This document shows, one piece after another, positions 51,250 to 60,756 of a DNA stretch of 64,000 nucleotides. A program made the translations under genes and the position numbers. The stretch comes from Acidobacteriota bacterium (GTDB lineage Bacteria; Acidobacteriota; UBA890; WLXD01). The first letter of the stretch is position 1. Each line of letters begins with the position of its first letter. The notes beneath the pieces were generated by a model, which saw only the letters and a list, made by a program, of their open reading frames with translations, did not search any database and was not told the origin of the DNA. The stretch spans positions 992,001 to 1,056,000 of the forward strand of contig CAXWPL010000004.1 of NCBI GenBank assembly GCA_963666215.2, read 5' to 3'.

Positions 51250-52722
51250 CTAACGGCTCGACGACGACGCCACCGGGTGGCGCGCGACGTTGGTGTTGAT
51301 GGTACTCGCCGTGCTCGATATGTCGTCCGTTTCTGCCGCCAGGCCCAGGATCTCGCGATAGAGACTCTCGGTGGCTGTCGTCATCACGTCCACGGAGTGG
51401 TGCTCGGCGACCCCGACGCGACCCGCCCGACCGAGCGCCCGGCAGCGGGCTCGATTGCTCCGCAGCTCCAGAAACGCCTCGGCGAGAGCCTCGGGCGAAT
51501 CGGGCTCAACGAGCAATCCGCCGCCAGTCGCTTCGACGACCTCGGGGAAAACTCCGTGTCGGGGCTGCACCACGGGAACGCCACTGGCCATCGCCTCGAG
51601 AATCGAGAGTCCTTTCGACTCGTGGTAGACGGTCGGCACCGAGAACACATCAACGCTCTCGATCAGAGCGATCTTTCCCTCGCGATCGACCTCGCCTAGA
51701 TGCTCGACGCGATCGGTCAGGCCCCACGAGGCAATGCGCGCCAGCTGCTCGCTCAGGTAGCTGGCATCGCGCTTACCCACGTAGCCGGCGAATCGCAGCG
51801 CGACGTGTTCGGGCCCCACGGCTTCGGCAAGCCGTCGAAACGCCTCGATCAGCAGGTGCAGGCCCTTTTCTGGACAGATGCGCGCAAGGTAGCCGATCAC
51901 GAAGGGTCGGCCGTCGTCGTTCTCATCGTCGGCGCCGCGGTCGGCGCCCAACGGTCTCGCTCGCGGCTGCGCGATGCTCGGCGGCGCGCTATCCGACGGT
52001 TGGTCGGACGTTACTGCTTGGATATCGCCATGGCCGTCGAGGCGGATGCCCAGCTTCACGATGCGCATGCGCTCCGGCGCCACATCGAGATACTCGCCCA
52101 TGTGGCGGGCGTAGTACTCGCTGGTTGCAACCAGCATGTCGACCTCACGTGCGTGTCCCCGCAGAACACGTTGCACGCGCTCGCGGTATGAGGGCGCGAG
52201 CGCATCGAGAAAGAGGTCTTCACCCTGCACGGAGCAGAGCACCGGTACGCCCAGCTCGCGTCGCAACACGGGCGCGAGGCCGAGAAACATCGAGTTGGTG
52301 ATGTGAACGATCTCGGGTCTGAGATCGTCGCGCAGCCAGCCCACCAGGCGCTCGAGCTCGGCGCTCTGCTGTCCCTCTTCGCCCATCGCCACCGACAGCG
52401 TGAGATCCCCTAGGTCGCGTGCATCGGTGGAGGCGCCGAGCTTGGATACCCACTGCAGCAACGCCGGGCGGTCGAGCAGCCAGTGCAACGGCTCGGGCAG
52501 GCGCGCGAAGAGCTTCGACTGCTGCTGCAGGAATACGTTCAGCGCGCCGTAGAAGATGCGGTCGATACTGACATTCGTCTCGTCGGTGCGGACCGGCGTA
52601 TAGGTGGGAATCAGCGCCACGTCGTGGCCGCGGCTCTGCAGCGCTGCCGCGAGGGTGTTGTCGTGCAGGCAGGAACCGCAGTACATGCCCGCTGCACCGG
52701 CGGTGATGTAGGCAATGCGCAT
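51250..52722 (-). CDS. Glycosyltransferase family 4 protein with N-terminal CxxC
   Basis: GMYCGSC; ARICPEKG; ESKGLSILEAMASGVPVV. Confidence 0.9.
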   Translation of the reverse strand: MRIAYITAGAAGMYCGSCLHDNTLAAALQSRGHDVALIPTYTPVRTDETNVSIDRIFYGALNVFLQQQSKLFARLPEPLHWLLDRPALLQWVSKLGASTDARDLGDLTLSVAMGEEGQQSAELERLVGWLRDDLRPEIVHITNSMFLGLAPVLRRELGVPVLCSVQGEDLFLDALAPSYRERVQRVLRGHAREVDMLVATSEYYARHMGEYLDVAPERMRIVKLGIRLDGHGDIQAVTSDQPSDSAPPSIAQPRARPLGADRGADDENDDGRPFVIGYLARICPEKGLHLLIEAFRRLAEAVGPEHVALRFAGYVGKRDASYLSEQLARIASWGLTDRVEHLGEVDREGKIALIESVDVFSVPTVYHESKGLSILEAMASGVPVVQPRHGVFPEVVEATGGGLLVEPDSPEALAEAFLELRSNRARCRALGRAGRVGVAEHHSVDVMTTATESLYREILGLAAETDDISSTASTINTNVARHPVASSSSR

Positions 52723-52733
52723 CGCCTGGCCGC

Positions 52734-54188
52734 TCAGCTGATGAACCGGGCGATATCCTCGTCGCTCGGCGGCCTCGTGACCAGCGAAACCACGATCATG
52801 GCAGTCGACGAGGCCAGCAGGATGATCGCCACCGGCATGATGCCCGTGTCACCGACGGTGTACGCGCGGTTGCCCCAGCCCTGGTAGAAGAAGTACGACC
52901 ACAGCACCATCACCGTGAGAACGCAAGCGATCGCTCCCTCCTTGGTGCTGCGGCGCCAGAAAATCGCGCCGACGGCGATCGGGAACAGCGAGGCGAAGCC
53001 GGTGAACGACCAGGTTGCCAGGTCGAAGATGCTGCGCTGAGAGACCAGCGAGATCCCATAGACCAGTGCCAGGATCGCCGCCACGAACAGGCGACCGCTG
53101 AGGATCACCTGCGCCTCGGTCATCGCTTTGCGTCGGTAGCGCCGCACGATGTCCTCGGTGAACATGGTCCCGAGCGACAGCACCTGAGAGTCGAGCGACG
53201 ACATCACAGCCGCGAACACGCCGGCGCCCAGCAGCCCGGCCAGCACGCCCGGCGCGTACTGGCCGATGAGTTGCACCAGGATGCCGTTCGATTGCCCACC
53301 GATGAGCCCCGGGAAATCGAGATGGCCGGCCACGCCGAGTAGCACGGGGGGCAGCCAGACGGCCGCGATGCACAACGGATAGGCAACCAGGGTCAGGCGG
53401 AAGTTCTCGACCTTCTTGGCGCTCAGCCAGTGCATGAACATGTGCGGAAACATGCCGGCCGAAAGCGGAATGAACGAGTAGGTTATCCATCGGAGCTTGC
53501 TGTGGAGATCGCCGCGCACCAGCAGTTGCGGTTGTTCCTCGGCGGCTCGCGCAAGGAGCGCCTCTAAGCCGCCCATGCGGCCGATGATGACGATCACTGT
53601 GGCAGCGCCGAGCACCATGAACACCAGGGTCTGGAAGGTGTTGACCCAGGCGGTGCCGCGCAGGCCACCGAAGGTGACGTAGGTGAGGACCACCAGGCAA
53701 ATCACAAGCCCGCCGACCCACTGCGGAACCAGGTTGTTGGTGACCTGGCTGAGCGTGATGCCACCGGCCATCACGCCGATGAGCAGGTAGGGAAGGACAA
53801 GCCCCACCAGCACCACGAACAGCAACAGGTTGAGTGGCTCCGAGCCCCAGCGATCGCGGAAGAACTGGATCTGCGTGCGGTAGGCGAAGCGCTTGCCGAT
53901 GGCCCAGGCGCGTGTACCGACCACGAAGAACGTGGTGGGGATGACCAGTGCCGAGATCGCGGCCATGAGCCCGAACACGCCGATGCCCGCGTGGTACGCC
54001 TCGCCGGAGGATCCGAGCAGCGCGAAGGCGGTCATGTTGGTGCCGAATAAAGACATCAGCAGCACGAACGGCCCGATACTGCGTGTGGCCAGGAAGTAAT
54101 CCTCGCCCGTCCTGGTGAACAAGCGGTTCGAGGAGGCTCCGATGGCGATAACCAACACCATGTACACGGCGATGATGGCCAGCGTCAT
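52734..54188 (-). CDS. Sodium:solute symporter family protein
   Basis: EDYFLATR, GGLRGTAW, AAVMSSLDS; many hydrophobic segments. Confidence 0.92.
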   Translation of the reverse strand: MTLAIIAVYMVLVIAIGASSNRLFTRTGEDYFLATRSIGPFVLLMSLFGTNMTAFALLGSSGEAYHAGIGVFGLMAAISALVIPTTFFVVGTRAWAIGKRFAYRTQIQFFRDRWGSEPLNLLLFVVLVGLVLPYLLIGVMAGGITLSQVTNNLVPQWVGGLVICLVVLTYVTFGGLRGTAWVNTFQTLVFMVLGAATVIVIIGRMGGLEALLARAAEEQPQLLVRGDLHSKLRWITYSFIPLSAGMFPHMFMHWLSAKKVENFRLTLVAYPLCIAAVWLPPVLLGVAGHLDFPGLIGGQSNGILVQLIGQYAPGVLAGLLGAGVFAAVMSSLDSQVLSLGTMFTEDIVRRYRRKAMTEAQVILSGRLFVAAILALVYGISLVSQRSIFDLATWSFTGFASLFPIAVGAIFWRRSTKEGAIACVLTVMVLWSYFFYQGWGNRAYTVGDTGIMPVAIILLASSTAMIVVSLVTRPPSDEDIARFIS

Positions 54189-54424
54189 GAGTCGGAGCTC
54201 TGCTGGCCGGAGTCGTCGTCAGGTTGGCTGGAGTCAGTCTCGAGGTGCGACGGCCAGGCCTTGGTAACGAGCAGGAACATCACCACCGACACCGCCACGA
54301 CCCAAATCAAGTGGTAGGTGAGCCCGATCGGCAGGCCGAGAGCCAGGCGCGGGTCGTGCCATTGCCAGAAGTCGTTGTGGAGGACGAAGAGCAGCGCGAG
54401 GGCGCCGAATAGCCAGCGCTTCAT
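54185..54424 (-). CDS. Small two-TM symporter accessory protein (DUF3311-like)
   Basis: LHNDFWQW...GLPIGLTYH; ATGA overlap with the symporter. Confidence 0.8.
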   Translation of the reverse strand: MKRWLFGALALLFVLHNDFWQWHDPRLALGLPIGLTYHLIWVVAVSVVMFLLVTKAWPSHLETDSSQPDDDSGQQSSDS

Positions 54425-54512
54425 AGGGTCCAGACCGTGGTCGAGAGGGGGGGTCTCTTGAAAGAGCTTGGGAAGAGACTCGATTAGAAGAGCCTACGAA
54501 GAGCTCGATCGC

Positions 54513-55796
54513 CTAGGCCTCAGCTAGTGGCATTGGGCGATACGTTGGCAGTTCCCGGTAGCGGTCCATAGACTCTAGCAGGCCGGTGACGTCTTTTCTG
54601 TAGACGTTGCCGATAAGCAGGTGAACGAGCTGATCGGTGCAGTCGGGATAGGCCTTCAGGAACTCCGCGAAGTTGAAGTCGGTGGAGTAGTAGGCATAGA
54701 CCATCTTGCGCATCGCTTCCATGCCAGCCAGAAACTCGGGACCGTGACGGCCCAGTCGCGAACCCGAAAGATCGCCCACAGCAAACGCATCGATAATCGA
54801 GTCGGCTGCCATCTCGCCGCCCTTGAGCGCCAGAAAAACGCCCGTCGAGTAGATGGGGTCGAGAAAGCCGAAGGCATCGCCGGCGAGCACCCAGCCATCG
54901 CCCGCGATGCGCTTTGACGTATACGAGAAATCCTTCAGGACGCCGACCTTGTCGGTCTGTTCGGCGCCCTCGAGCTTTTCCTGCAGACGCACACAGCGAG
55001 CCAGCTCGGAATCGAACACGGCCTGTGGATTGCTGTCGCGACCTTGCTTGAGCTTGTGGATGGGCCCTACAACGCCAACGCTCACTTCGCCGCCCGGTAG
55101 AGGGATGTACCAGAACCAGGACTCGCCGGCCTCGGTATGCATGATGAGCGTGCCGCCCTCGTCGATTCCTTCGCCGCGCCATGCGCCGCTGAAGCGCGTG
55201 AAGAACGCGCAATGCAGCAGGTTCCGATCGAGCTGACGCAGCCGTAGCCGCTTGGCGATGAGCGCGCTCTGCCCTGTCGCGTCCACCGTGACGCCAGCCG
55301 TGATCCCGCGCCGAGCTCCGTCGGCAAGCTCGATCTCCACCCCCGAGACCGTCGCGTTGTACTCGTCGGGGTTCGGGTTGGCGAGCTTCAAGTCACGAAC
55401 CGAGACACCCTCACAAATCTCCGCACCCTTCTCGCGGGCGTTGTCGAGCAGCATCTTGTCGAACTTGGCGCGGTCGACTTGCCAGCTCTGCGAGCTCTCG
55501 TGCGCGTCGGTTTCGGAGAAGTAGAAGGGCCGCGCCGCCCGTCCGGATGCCGTGAAGAACTGCACACTGTGTTTTTGCGGAAAGTCGCTGCATTTCATGT
55601 ACTCGAGCACGCCCAGACGCTCGAGCGTCCAGTACGTCGCGGGCATCAGCGACTCACCAATGCGGAAGCGCGGGAATGTCTCGCGGTCGAGAAGGAGAAC
55701 GCGCAGTCCCGACTCGGCGGTCAGCGCCGCCACGGTCGACCCGGCCGGGCCGCCGCCGATGACGACGACGTCGTACTCGCTGGCGGTCGGTCTCAT
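54513..55796 (-). CDS. Flavin-dependent halogenase-like oxidoreductase
   Basis: GGGPAG, FPRFRIGESL, FPQK (Lys), WFWYIP, GDAFGFLDPIYSTG. Confidence 0.85.
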   Translation of the reverse strand: MRPTASEYDVVVIGGGPAGSTVAALTAESGLRVLLLDRETFPRFRIGESLMPATYWTLERLGVLEYMKCSDFPQKHSVQFFTASGRAARPFYFSETDAHESSQSWQVDRAKFDKMLLDNAREKGAEICEGVSVRDLKLANPNPDEYNATVSGVEIELADGARRGITAGVTVDATGQSALIAKRLRLRQLDRNLLHCAFFTRFSGAWRGEGIDEGGTLIMHTEAGESWFWYIPLPGGEVSVGVVGPIHKLKQGRDSNPQAVFDSELARCVRLQEKLEGAEQTDKVGVLKDFSYTSKRIAGDGWVLAGDAFGFLDPIYSTGVFLALKGGEMAADSIIDAFAVGDLSGSRLGRHGPEFLAGMEAMRKMVYAYYSTDFNFAEFLKAYPDCTDQLVHLLIGNVYRKDVTGLLESMDRYRELPTYRPMPLAEA

Positions 55797-55839
55797 CGCG
55801 TGCGGCTTGAGCCGCCCCAGGCCGGGAGCGCGAACAGCT

Positions 55840-58005
55840 TCATCGGAAGCGATAGTCGACGCGGACGAACACCGTCGCCGGATCCGCCGGCGTCACCGCT
55901 TGCGACCCGAAGGCGCGCCACAGTGTCTCTCGGTCGGTGAGGTTGGCGGCGTTCAAGCTCAATACGAAGTCGTCAATCTCATAACTCAGCGCGGCCGATA
56001 CCGTCAGCACGTCGCCGATCTCGAAGCTGTTGTCCTCGGCGATGAACTGGCTGCTTAGGTAGCGCAGGCCGACTCCGGCGCCGATCCCGTTCAGGAAGCT
56101 CTTGCTCAGCCAGCTATTGAAGATGTGCTCCGGAGCGAAGGCGGGTCGGTTGCCCGAGCGGTCGAACGTGATCGGGATGATGCCGAACTCCGTGGGCACG
56201 AACAGTTGCTCGGCGAACTCGGTGAGCTCGGCGTCGGTGTAGGCGTACGACGCCACCCCGCGCAGGCCGTCGCCAAGCTCCGCCGCCATCTCGAGCTCCA
56301 ATCCACGAGACCGCTGGTTGCCGAGCTGCTGTGTGAAGCCGTTGTCGTCGGGGATAGCGATGTTGTCGCGCTCGAGGTTGAAGACCGCGGCCGTGGCCCG
56401 CGCGCGCCCGTCGAGGAAACGGATCTTGACCCCGAGCTCGAACTGCTGGCTCTTCTCGGGCGCGCAGGCGCCGAAAGCCCGAGGTGATGGTGGCGCGAAG
56501 GAGCGCGAGAAGTTGCCGTACAGCGACAGGTCGCTGGTGGGCGCGTACACCGCTCCGAGCATCGGGCTGAGCTCGGTGTCGTCGCGTGATGCGCCCGAAA
56601 GATCCTCTTTGAAGTCGATGGCGTCGAGGCGCGCACCCGCCAGCAGTTGGAACGAGTCCGACACCGTGATCTGATCAATCGCGTAGGGGGCGAACACGAT
56701 GCTGCGGGCATCCCCGGCGCTCGAAAACTGAGGAAGCACGAAGATCCCCTGGGTCCCGTCGACCGGCTGGAACAGATCGACGTCTTGCAGGAAGCCGATG
56801 TCGAGCGTGAACTGGTCGGCGAAGCGAGCCAGCTCTACGCCGGTGAGCAGATTGTGGCGCAAGCCTCCCGTCTCGAACGAGAACACGCCCTCGAGCTGGT
56901 TACCGAAGAAACGTTGGTCGTCGTTGAGCAGGATCAGGGAGCGACTGACGCTGAAGCCAGCGATGGGATTGCCTTCGATGTCGAAGCTCGGGAACGCTCC
57001 GTTGATCAACGTTCCGTCCGAGAGCCAATCGAGCCTCCGGTAGTAGAGCTTGTTACGCAGCGTGAACGAGTCGCTTACGCGTCGCTCATAGTCGGCTTGA
57101 AAGCGCAGAACGTCCTGCTCGGAGCGATCGAACCGGGAGTTGTAGTTCTGTTGCCGGTCGATGTCGGGCAGTGCGCCGAACAGTAGCGGCACGCCGGCCT
57201 CGGGACTGAAATCCGACTGCGCGAGCTCGAAGTTCAGATTCAGCGAGCTCGCCTCATCGATGTGCCAGGTGAGCGCCGGGTTGACGGCCACAGCCTCGTC
57301 TTGCTTCGCGTCGCGGTAGTGGTCGGACGAGCGCCACAACGAATTGAGTCGGAAGTCGACGGCACCCGTTGGTGAGCCGTAGTTGATGTCGAAATGGCCC
57401 TCGACGTGCGAGAAGCTGCCGAACGCCGCGCCCACATCGAATTGCCGCTGAGCCCGCATCGGCTGCTTGCGAACCAGGTTCACGGCGCCCGCCAACGGGT
57501 TGCTGCCATAAAGGAAGCCGCCGGGCCCCTTCAGAACCTCCACGGCCGCCACGTTGTAGAGCTGATAGAAGCTCGCCTCCGGTTCCGATGCGCCGTCGGT
57601 AAGCACGAGGCCGCCGTTCAGGGAATCGAAGCCACGCACGATGAAAAAATCGGTGACCCCGAATCCCGGCTGGACGTTGACACCGCTGACGTTGCGCAGA
57701 GCGTCGCCCACCACCTGACCGTACTGCTCCTTGAACAGCGCCGAGGTAACGACGCCCACGTTCGACGGTGTGAGTCGCAGCTCGAGCGGCAGCTTGGTGG
57801 CGATTGTGTTGGAGCTCGGTACGAACGGCAGGCTGCCCTCGACGAAGATGAAGGTCGTCGTCGCCGCCGGTTTCTCCTGCTGCGGCTCGGCCTGCGCCGT
57901 ACCGTTCGCGCCAGCTTGCGCCTGCCCGAGTGCCACGTGAGGTGTGATGGACAACAGGCCGATGAGGACTAGGCGAGCGCTGGGCATGGTCGGGTTCTGT
58001 TCCAT
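55840..58005 (-). CDS. TonB-dependent receptor
   Basis: Signal peptide; VRGF, VEVLKGPGGFLYG...GAVNL plug motifs; C-terminal DYRF. Confidence 0.92.
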   Translation of the reverse strand: MEQNPTMPSARLVLIGLLSITPHVALGQAQAGANGTAQAEPQQEKPAATTTFIFVEGSLPFVPSSNTIATKLPLELRLTPSNVGVVTSALFKEQYGQVVGDALRNVSGVNVQPGFGVTDFFIVRGFDSLNGGLVLTDGASEPEASFYQLYNVAAVEVLKGPGGFLYGSNPLAGAVNLVRKQPMRAQRQFDVGAAFGSFSHVEGHFDINYGSPTGAVDFRLNSLWRSSDHYRDAKQDEAVAVNPALTWHIDEASSLNLNFELAQSDFSPEAGVPLLFGALPDIDRQQNYNSRFDRSEQDVLRFQADYERRVSDSFTLRNKLYYRRLDWLSDGTLINGAFPSFDIEGNPIAGFSVSRSLILLNDDQRFFGNQLEGVFSFETGGLRHNLLTGVELARFADQFTLDIGFLQDVDLFQPVDGTQGIFVLPQFSSAGDARSIVFAPYAIDQITVSDSFQLLAGARLDAIDFKEDLSGASRDDTELSPMLGAVYAPTSDLSLYGNFSRSFAPPSPRAFGACAPEKSQQFELGVKIRFLDGRARATAAVFNLERDNIAIPDDNGFTQQLGNQRSRGLELEMAAELGDGLRGVASYAYTDAELTEFAEQLFVPTEFGIIPITFDRSGNRPAFAPEHIFNSWLSKSFLNGIGAGVGLRYLSSQFIAEDNSFEIGDVLTVSAALSYEIDDFVLSLNAANLTDRETLWRAFGSQAVTPADPATVFVRVDYRFR

Positions 58006-58038
58006 GAGATTGGCGAGTGTGGTGATGCTGCGGTCGGT

Positions 58039-59463
58039 TTAGGTATATCGAGAGTCTCGATGCGTCGCCGAGTAGAACTCGGGCAACAGGCTGTCGACGC
58101 GCAGCAATCCGGCGCGCGTCAACTCGATCGACGTGTCGGTGGTGGTCAGCATGTGCTCCGCGGCGAGCACGGCTAGCGGATCGGCGAAGTGGTGCAGAAG
58201 ATTCACCCCGAACTTGTCGGCAAAGTAGCTGAGCTCGAGGTGCCCTCGCTTGAGCTGCAGGATAGTCTCGCGCACCAGCCGCTCTTCGGTATTCGTCGGG
58301 TAGGCGCGGCTAATCGGCAGGCCGCCCGCTTCAACAATCTCGTGGTAGCCGATCCAATCGGCTTTGTTCTGGACGTGGACGCCGCCCATGTGGCCGAACG
58401 ACGAGACGCCAATCCCGAGCATGTCGGCGCCGCGCCAAAGTGAATCCCTATAGAGGAAGGGGGAGGTCTGGTCATCGGTCCTGCGGACCATGGTATAGGC
58501 GCTCGATATCTCGTACCCGGCCTCGGCAAATCGCTCGAACGCGAAATCTTGCCAGGCTCGCTTGAGCTCCCAGTCGGCCAGCGGAACGTCGAGATCGCCT
58601 CCCATGTATAGCTTCGAGATCTCGGTGTTGAAGGGCAGCTCCATCTGGTAAATCGTCACCGAGTCGGGGCCGTAGTCGATCGCCTGCTCGACCGCGTCAC
58701 GCCACGTCTCCCAGGTTTCGCCGAGCATGCCGGCAATCAGGTCGATGTTGAGCTGGTCGAAATCGAGCGCCTCGATCCACGGCCTTACGCGATGGATCTC
58801 TTTACCCACGTGGGCGCGGCCGTTGAGCTCGAGGATGCCGTCGTTGAAGTGCTCCACGCCGAGGCTCAGGCGGGTTACCCCGACGTTGCGAATTGTCGCG
58901 AGCTTGGTTTGGCTCAAGGTGCCGGGTTCGCACTCGAAGGCGAACTCCTCGAGTTGGCTCCAGTCGAGCTCGCCGCGGAGCTGAGACACCAAGTCTTCCA
59001 GGTGCTTGCCCGCGATATACGACGGCGTGCCGCCGCCGAAGTACACGAACTTCAGCGGCCGCCCGTCGACCGCCGCCCTTGATCCATACAACTGTGTCTC
59101 GCGTACGACGGCGCTGCAGTAGCGCTCGACCTGCTCGGAGTTCTTGTCGGTGTAAACGCGGAAGTAGCAGAACTTGCAGCGCTTGCGGCAGAAGGGGATG
59201 TGAACGTAGAGGCCGAGCGGTGTGGTTTGTGCGTCGCCCCCCCCCTCTACTGGCCCACCTGTCGACAACCCTGCCGGAGTATCGAGGGCCGCGTGATAGG
59301 CGCCCAGGTGCTCCGCTTTCCATTGCGAGTACGGCGGGTAGTTCGAGACGAACACGCTGCCAACGTCGGTCTCGCGCAGCTCGAGCCGACTGGTGGCGGG
59401 CTCGGGGCGGCTCGCCGCCGCCGGGGTCTTCGCGTCGACTTCCTGAGGAGTGTTCAGATCCAT
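58039..59463 (-). CDS. HemN-like radical SAM enzyme
   Basis: LYVHIPFCRKRCKFCYF, YFGGGTPS, RLSLGV, NIDLIAG, GIGVSSFG. Confidence 0.9.
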   Translation of the reverse strand: MDLNTPQEVDAKTPAAASRPEPATSRLELRETDVGSVFVSNYPPYSQWKAEHLGAYHAALDTPAGLSTGGPVEGGGDAQTTPLGLYVHIPFCRKRCKFCYFRVYTDKNSEQVERYCSAVVRETQLYGSRAAVDGRPLKFVYFGGGTPSYIAGKHLEDLVSQLRGELDWSQLEEFAFECEPGTLSQTKLATIRNVGVTRLSLGVEHFNDGILELNGRAHVGKEIHRVRPWIEALDFDQLNIDLIAGMLGETWETWRDAVEQAIDYGPDSVTIYQMELPFNTEISKLYMGGDLDVPLADWELKRAWQDFAFERFAEAGYEISSAYTMVRRTDDQTSPFLYRDSLWRGADMLGIGVSSFGHMGGVHVQNKADWIGYHEIVEAGGLPISRAYPTNTEERLVRETILQLKRGHLELSYFADKFGVNLLHHFADPLAVLAAEHMLTTTDTSIELTRAGLLRVDSLLPEFYSATHRDSRYT

Positions 59464-59544
59464 CCTTATGGGGTCCGGTGCTCGGTCATGTTCGAGTGTG
59501 GCGTTCGGTGTCTGTCGGCTTCGAGCCCGGTTCGCGCCCGCGGC

Positions 59545-60756
59545 TTAGCCGAAGCAGTAGAGTTGCCCGTCTTCGGTACCAATCACCAGCTTGCCGGAGG
59601 CGATGCTCGGTGATGCTGCGATCGACGAGCCGGTTTCGAATGTCCACACAGTAGCGCCCGACTCGAGGTCAAGCTCGTACAAATCGCCCGAGCTCGAGCC
59701 AACGAACACACGCTCGCCCATGATCACCGGCGACGAGTCGACGCGTGCACCGCTCGTCACCGTCCATCGCGACTCGCCGGTGGTCCGGTCGATCGCATGC
59801 ACCATCTTGTCACGTCCGCCGAGCACGATCACGTCGTCGGTGATCGCCGCCGAAGAGTAGAACGGGAACTTGCGCACCGGGTGCTCATAGATCCAGTCGG
59901 CCAGGCCTGTCTCGAGGTCGAGGCTCAGCACCTGGTTCTCGTAGGTTCCGAAGTAGGCGTGCCCGTTCGAGATGGCGGGGCTTGCCGCCACGTAGGCGCC
60001 GATCTCGATCTGCGAAAGCACCTCGCCGTCCGTGGCGCGGACAACTCGGAGGTATCCGTCGCAGCCCACCGAGATCACCCGGTCGTCGACGATCGCGGGA
60101 GTTCCGTTTACGTACCCGCCGGTCTCGATTTTCCAGTTCACCGAGCCGTCGGCCACCGAAACGCTGTAGAGATGGTTGTCGTAGGAGCCGAAGATCAACG
60201 CGGCGTCGTCGCCGTCCTCCGAGCGACCCGATCCCTCATAGAAATTCGCCGACGAAACCACGCCGCCACCTGTTTGGGCCTGCCAGACGAGCGCGCCACT
60301 CTCGGCATCGAGCGCCGTGAACGCGCCCGATTCATCGCCGAAGTAGACAACGTTGCCGACGATCGTTGGCGACGATTTGATCTCGGCGGCCGCTGCGTGG
60401 CGCCATTTCTCTGCGCCCGTTTCGAGGTCGAGGGCGTACAGGTGCGCATCCAGCGAGCCCACATAGACAACGCCGTTGGCGATCGCGGCGGTCGACTCGA
60501 TGCTGTCGTCGGCTTCGAACACCCATTTCGGCTGTAACACCACGGGCAGCTCGCCCGAGGCGATCCCGGTCAGTTGCGCGTCGCCGCGGAAAAGGAGCCA
60601 TGTGTCGGGTGTGTCGGCTCGAGCGCCGCTCATGAATCCGAGAAGGACCAGCGTCAGGGCGGTCAGCGTGCCGCCGCCCACACGTCGGCCGACGCCGACG
60701 TCGCTAGCCGAAGGGAGTTGACGTCGCGCGCGCTCTGGACGGCTGTCAGTAGGCAT
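59545..60756 (-). CDS. PQQ-like (BamB-type) beta-propeller protein
   Basis: WLLFRGD; repeated SSP/STA blades; ATG 60756 overlaps the ADH stop. Confidence 0.88.
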   Translation of the reverse strand: MPTDSRPERARRQLPSASDVGVGRRVGGGTLTALTLVLLGFMSGARADTPDTWLLFRGDAQLTGIASGELPVVLQPKWVFEADDSIESTAAIANGVVYVGSLDAHLYALDLETGAEKWRHAAAAEIKSSPTIVGNVVYFGDESGAFTALDAESGALVWQAQTGGGVVSSANFYEGSGRSEDGDDAALIFGSYDNHLYSVSVADGSVNWKIETGGYVNGTPAIVDDRVISVGCDGYLRVVRATDGEVLSQIEIGAYVAASPAISNGHAYFGTYENQVLSLDLETGLADWIYEHPVRKFPFYSSAAITDDVIVLGGRDKMVHAIDRTTGESRWTVTSGARVDSSPVIMGERVFVGSSSGDLYELDLESGATVWTFETGSSIAASPSIASGKLVIGTEDGQLYCFG

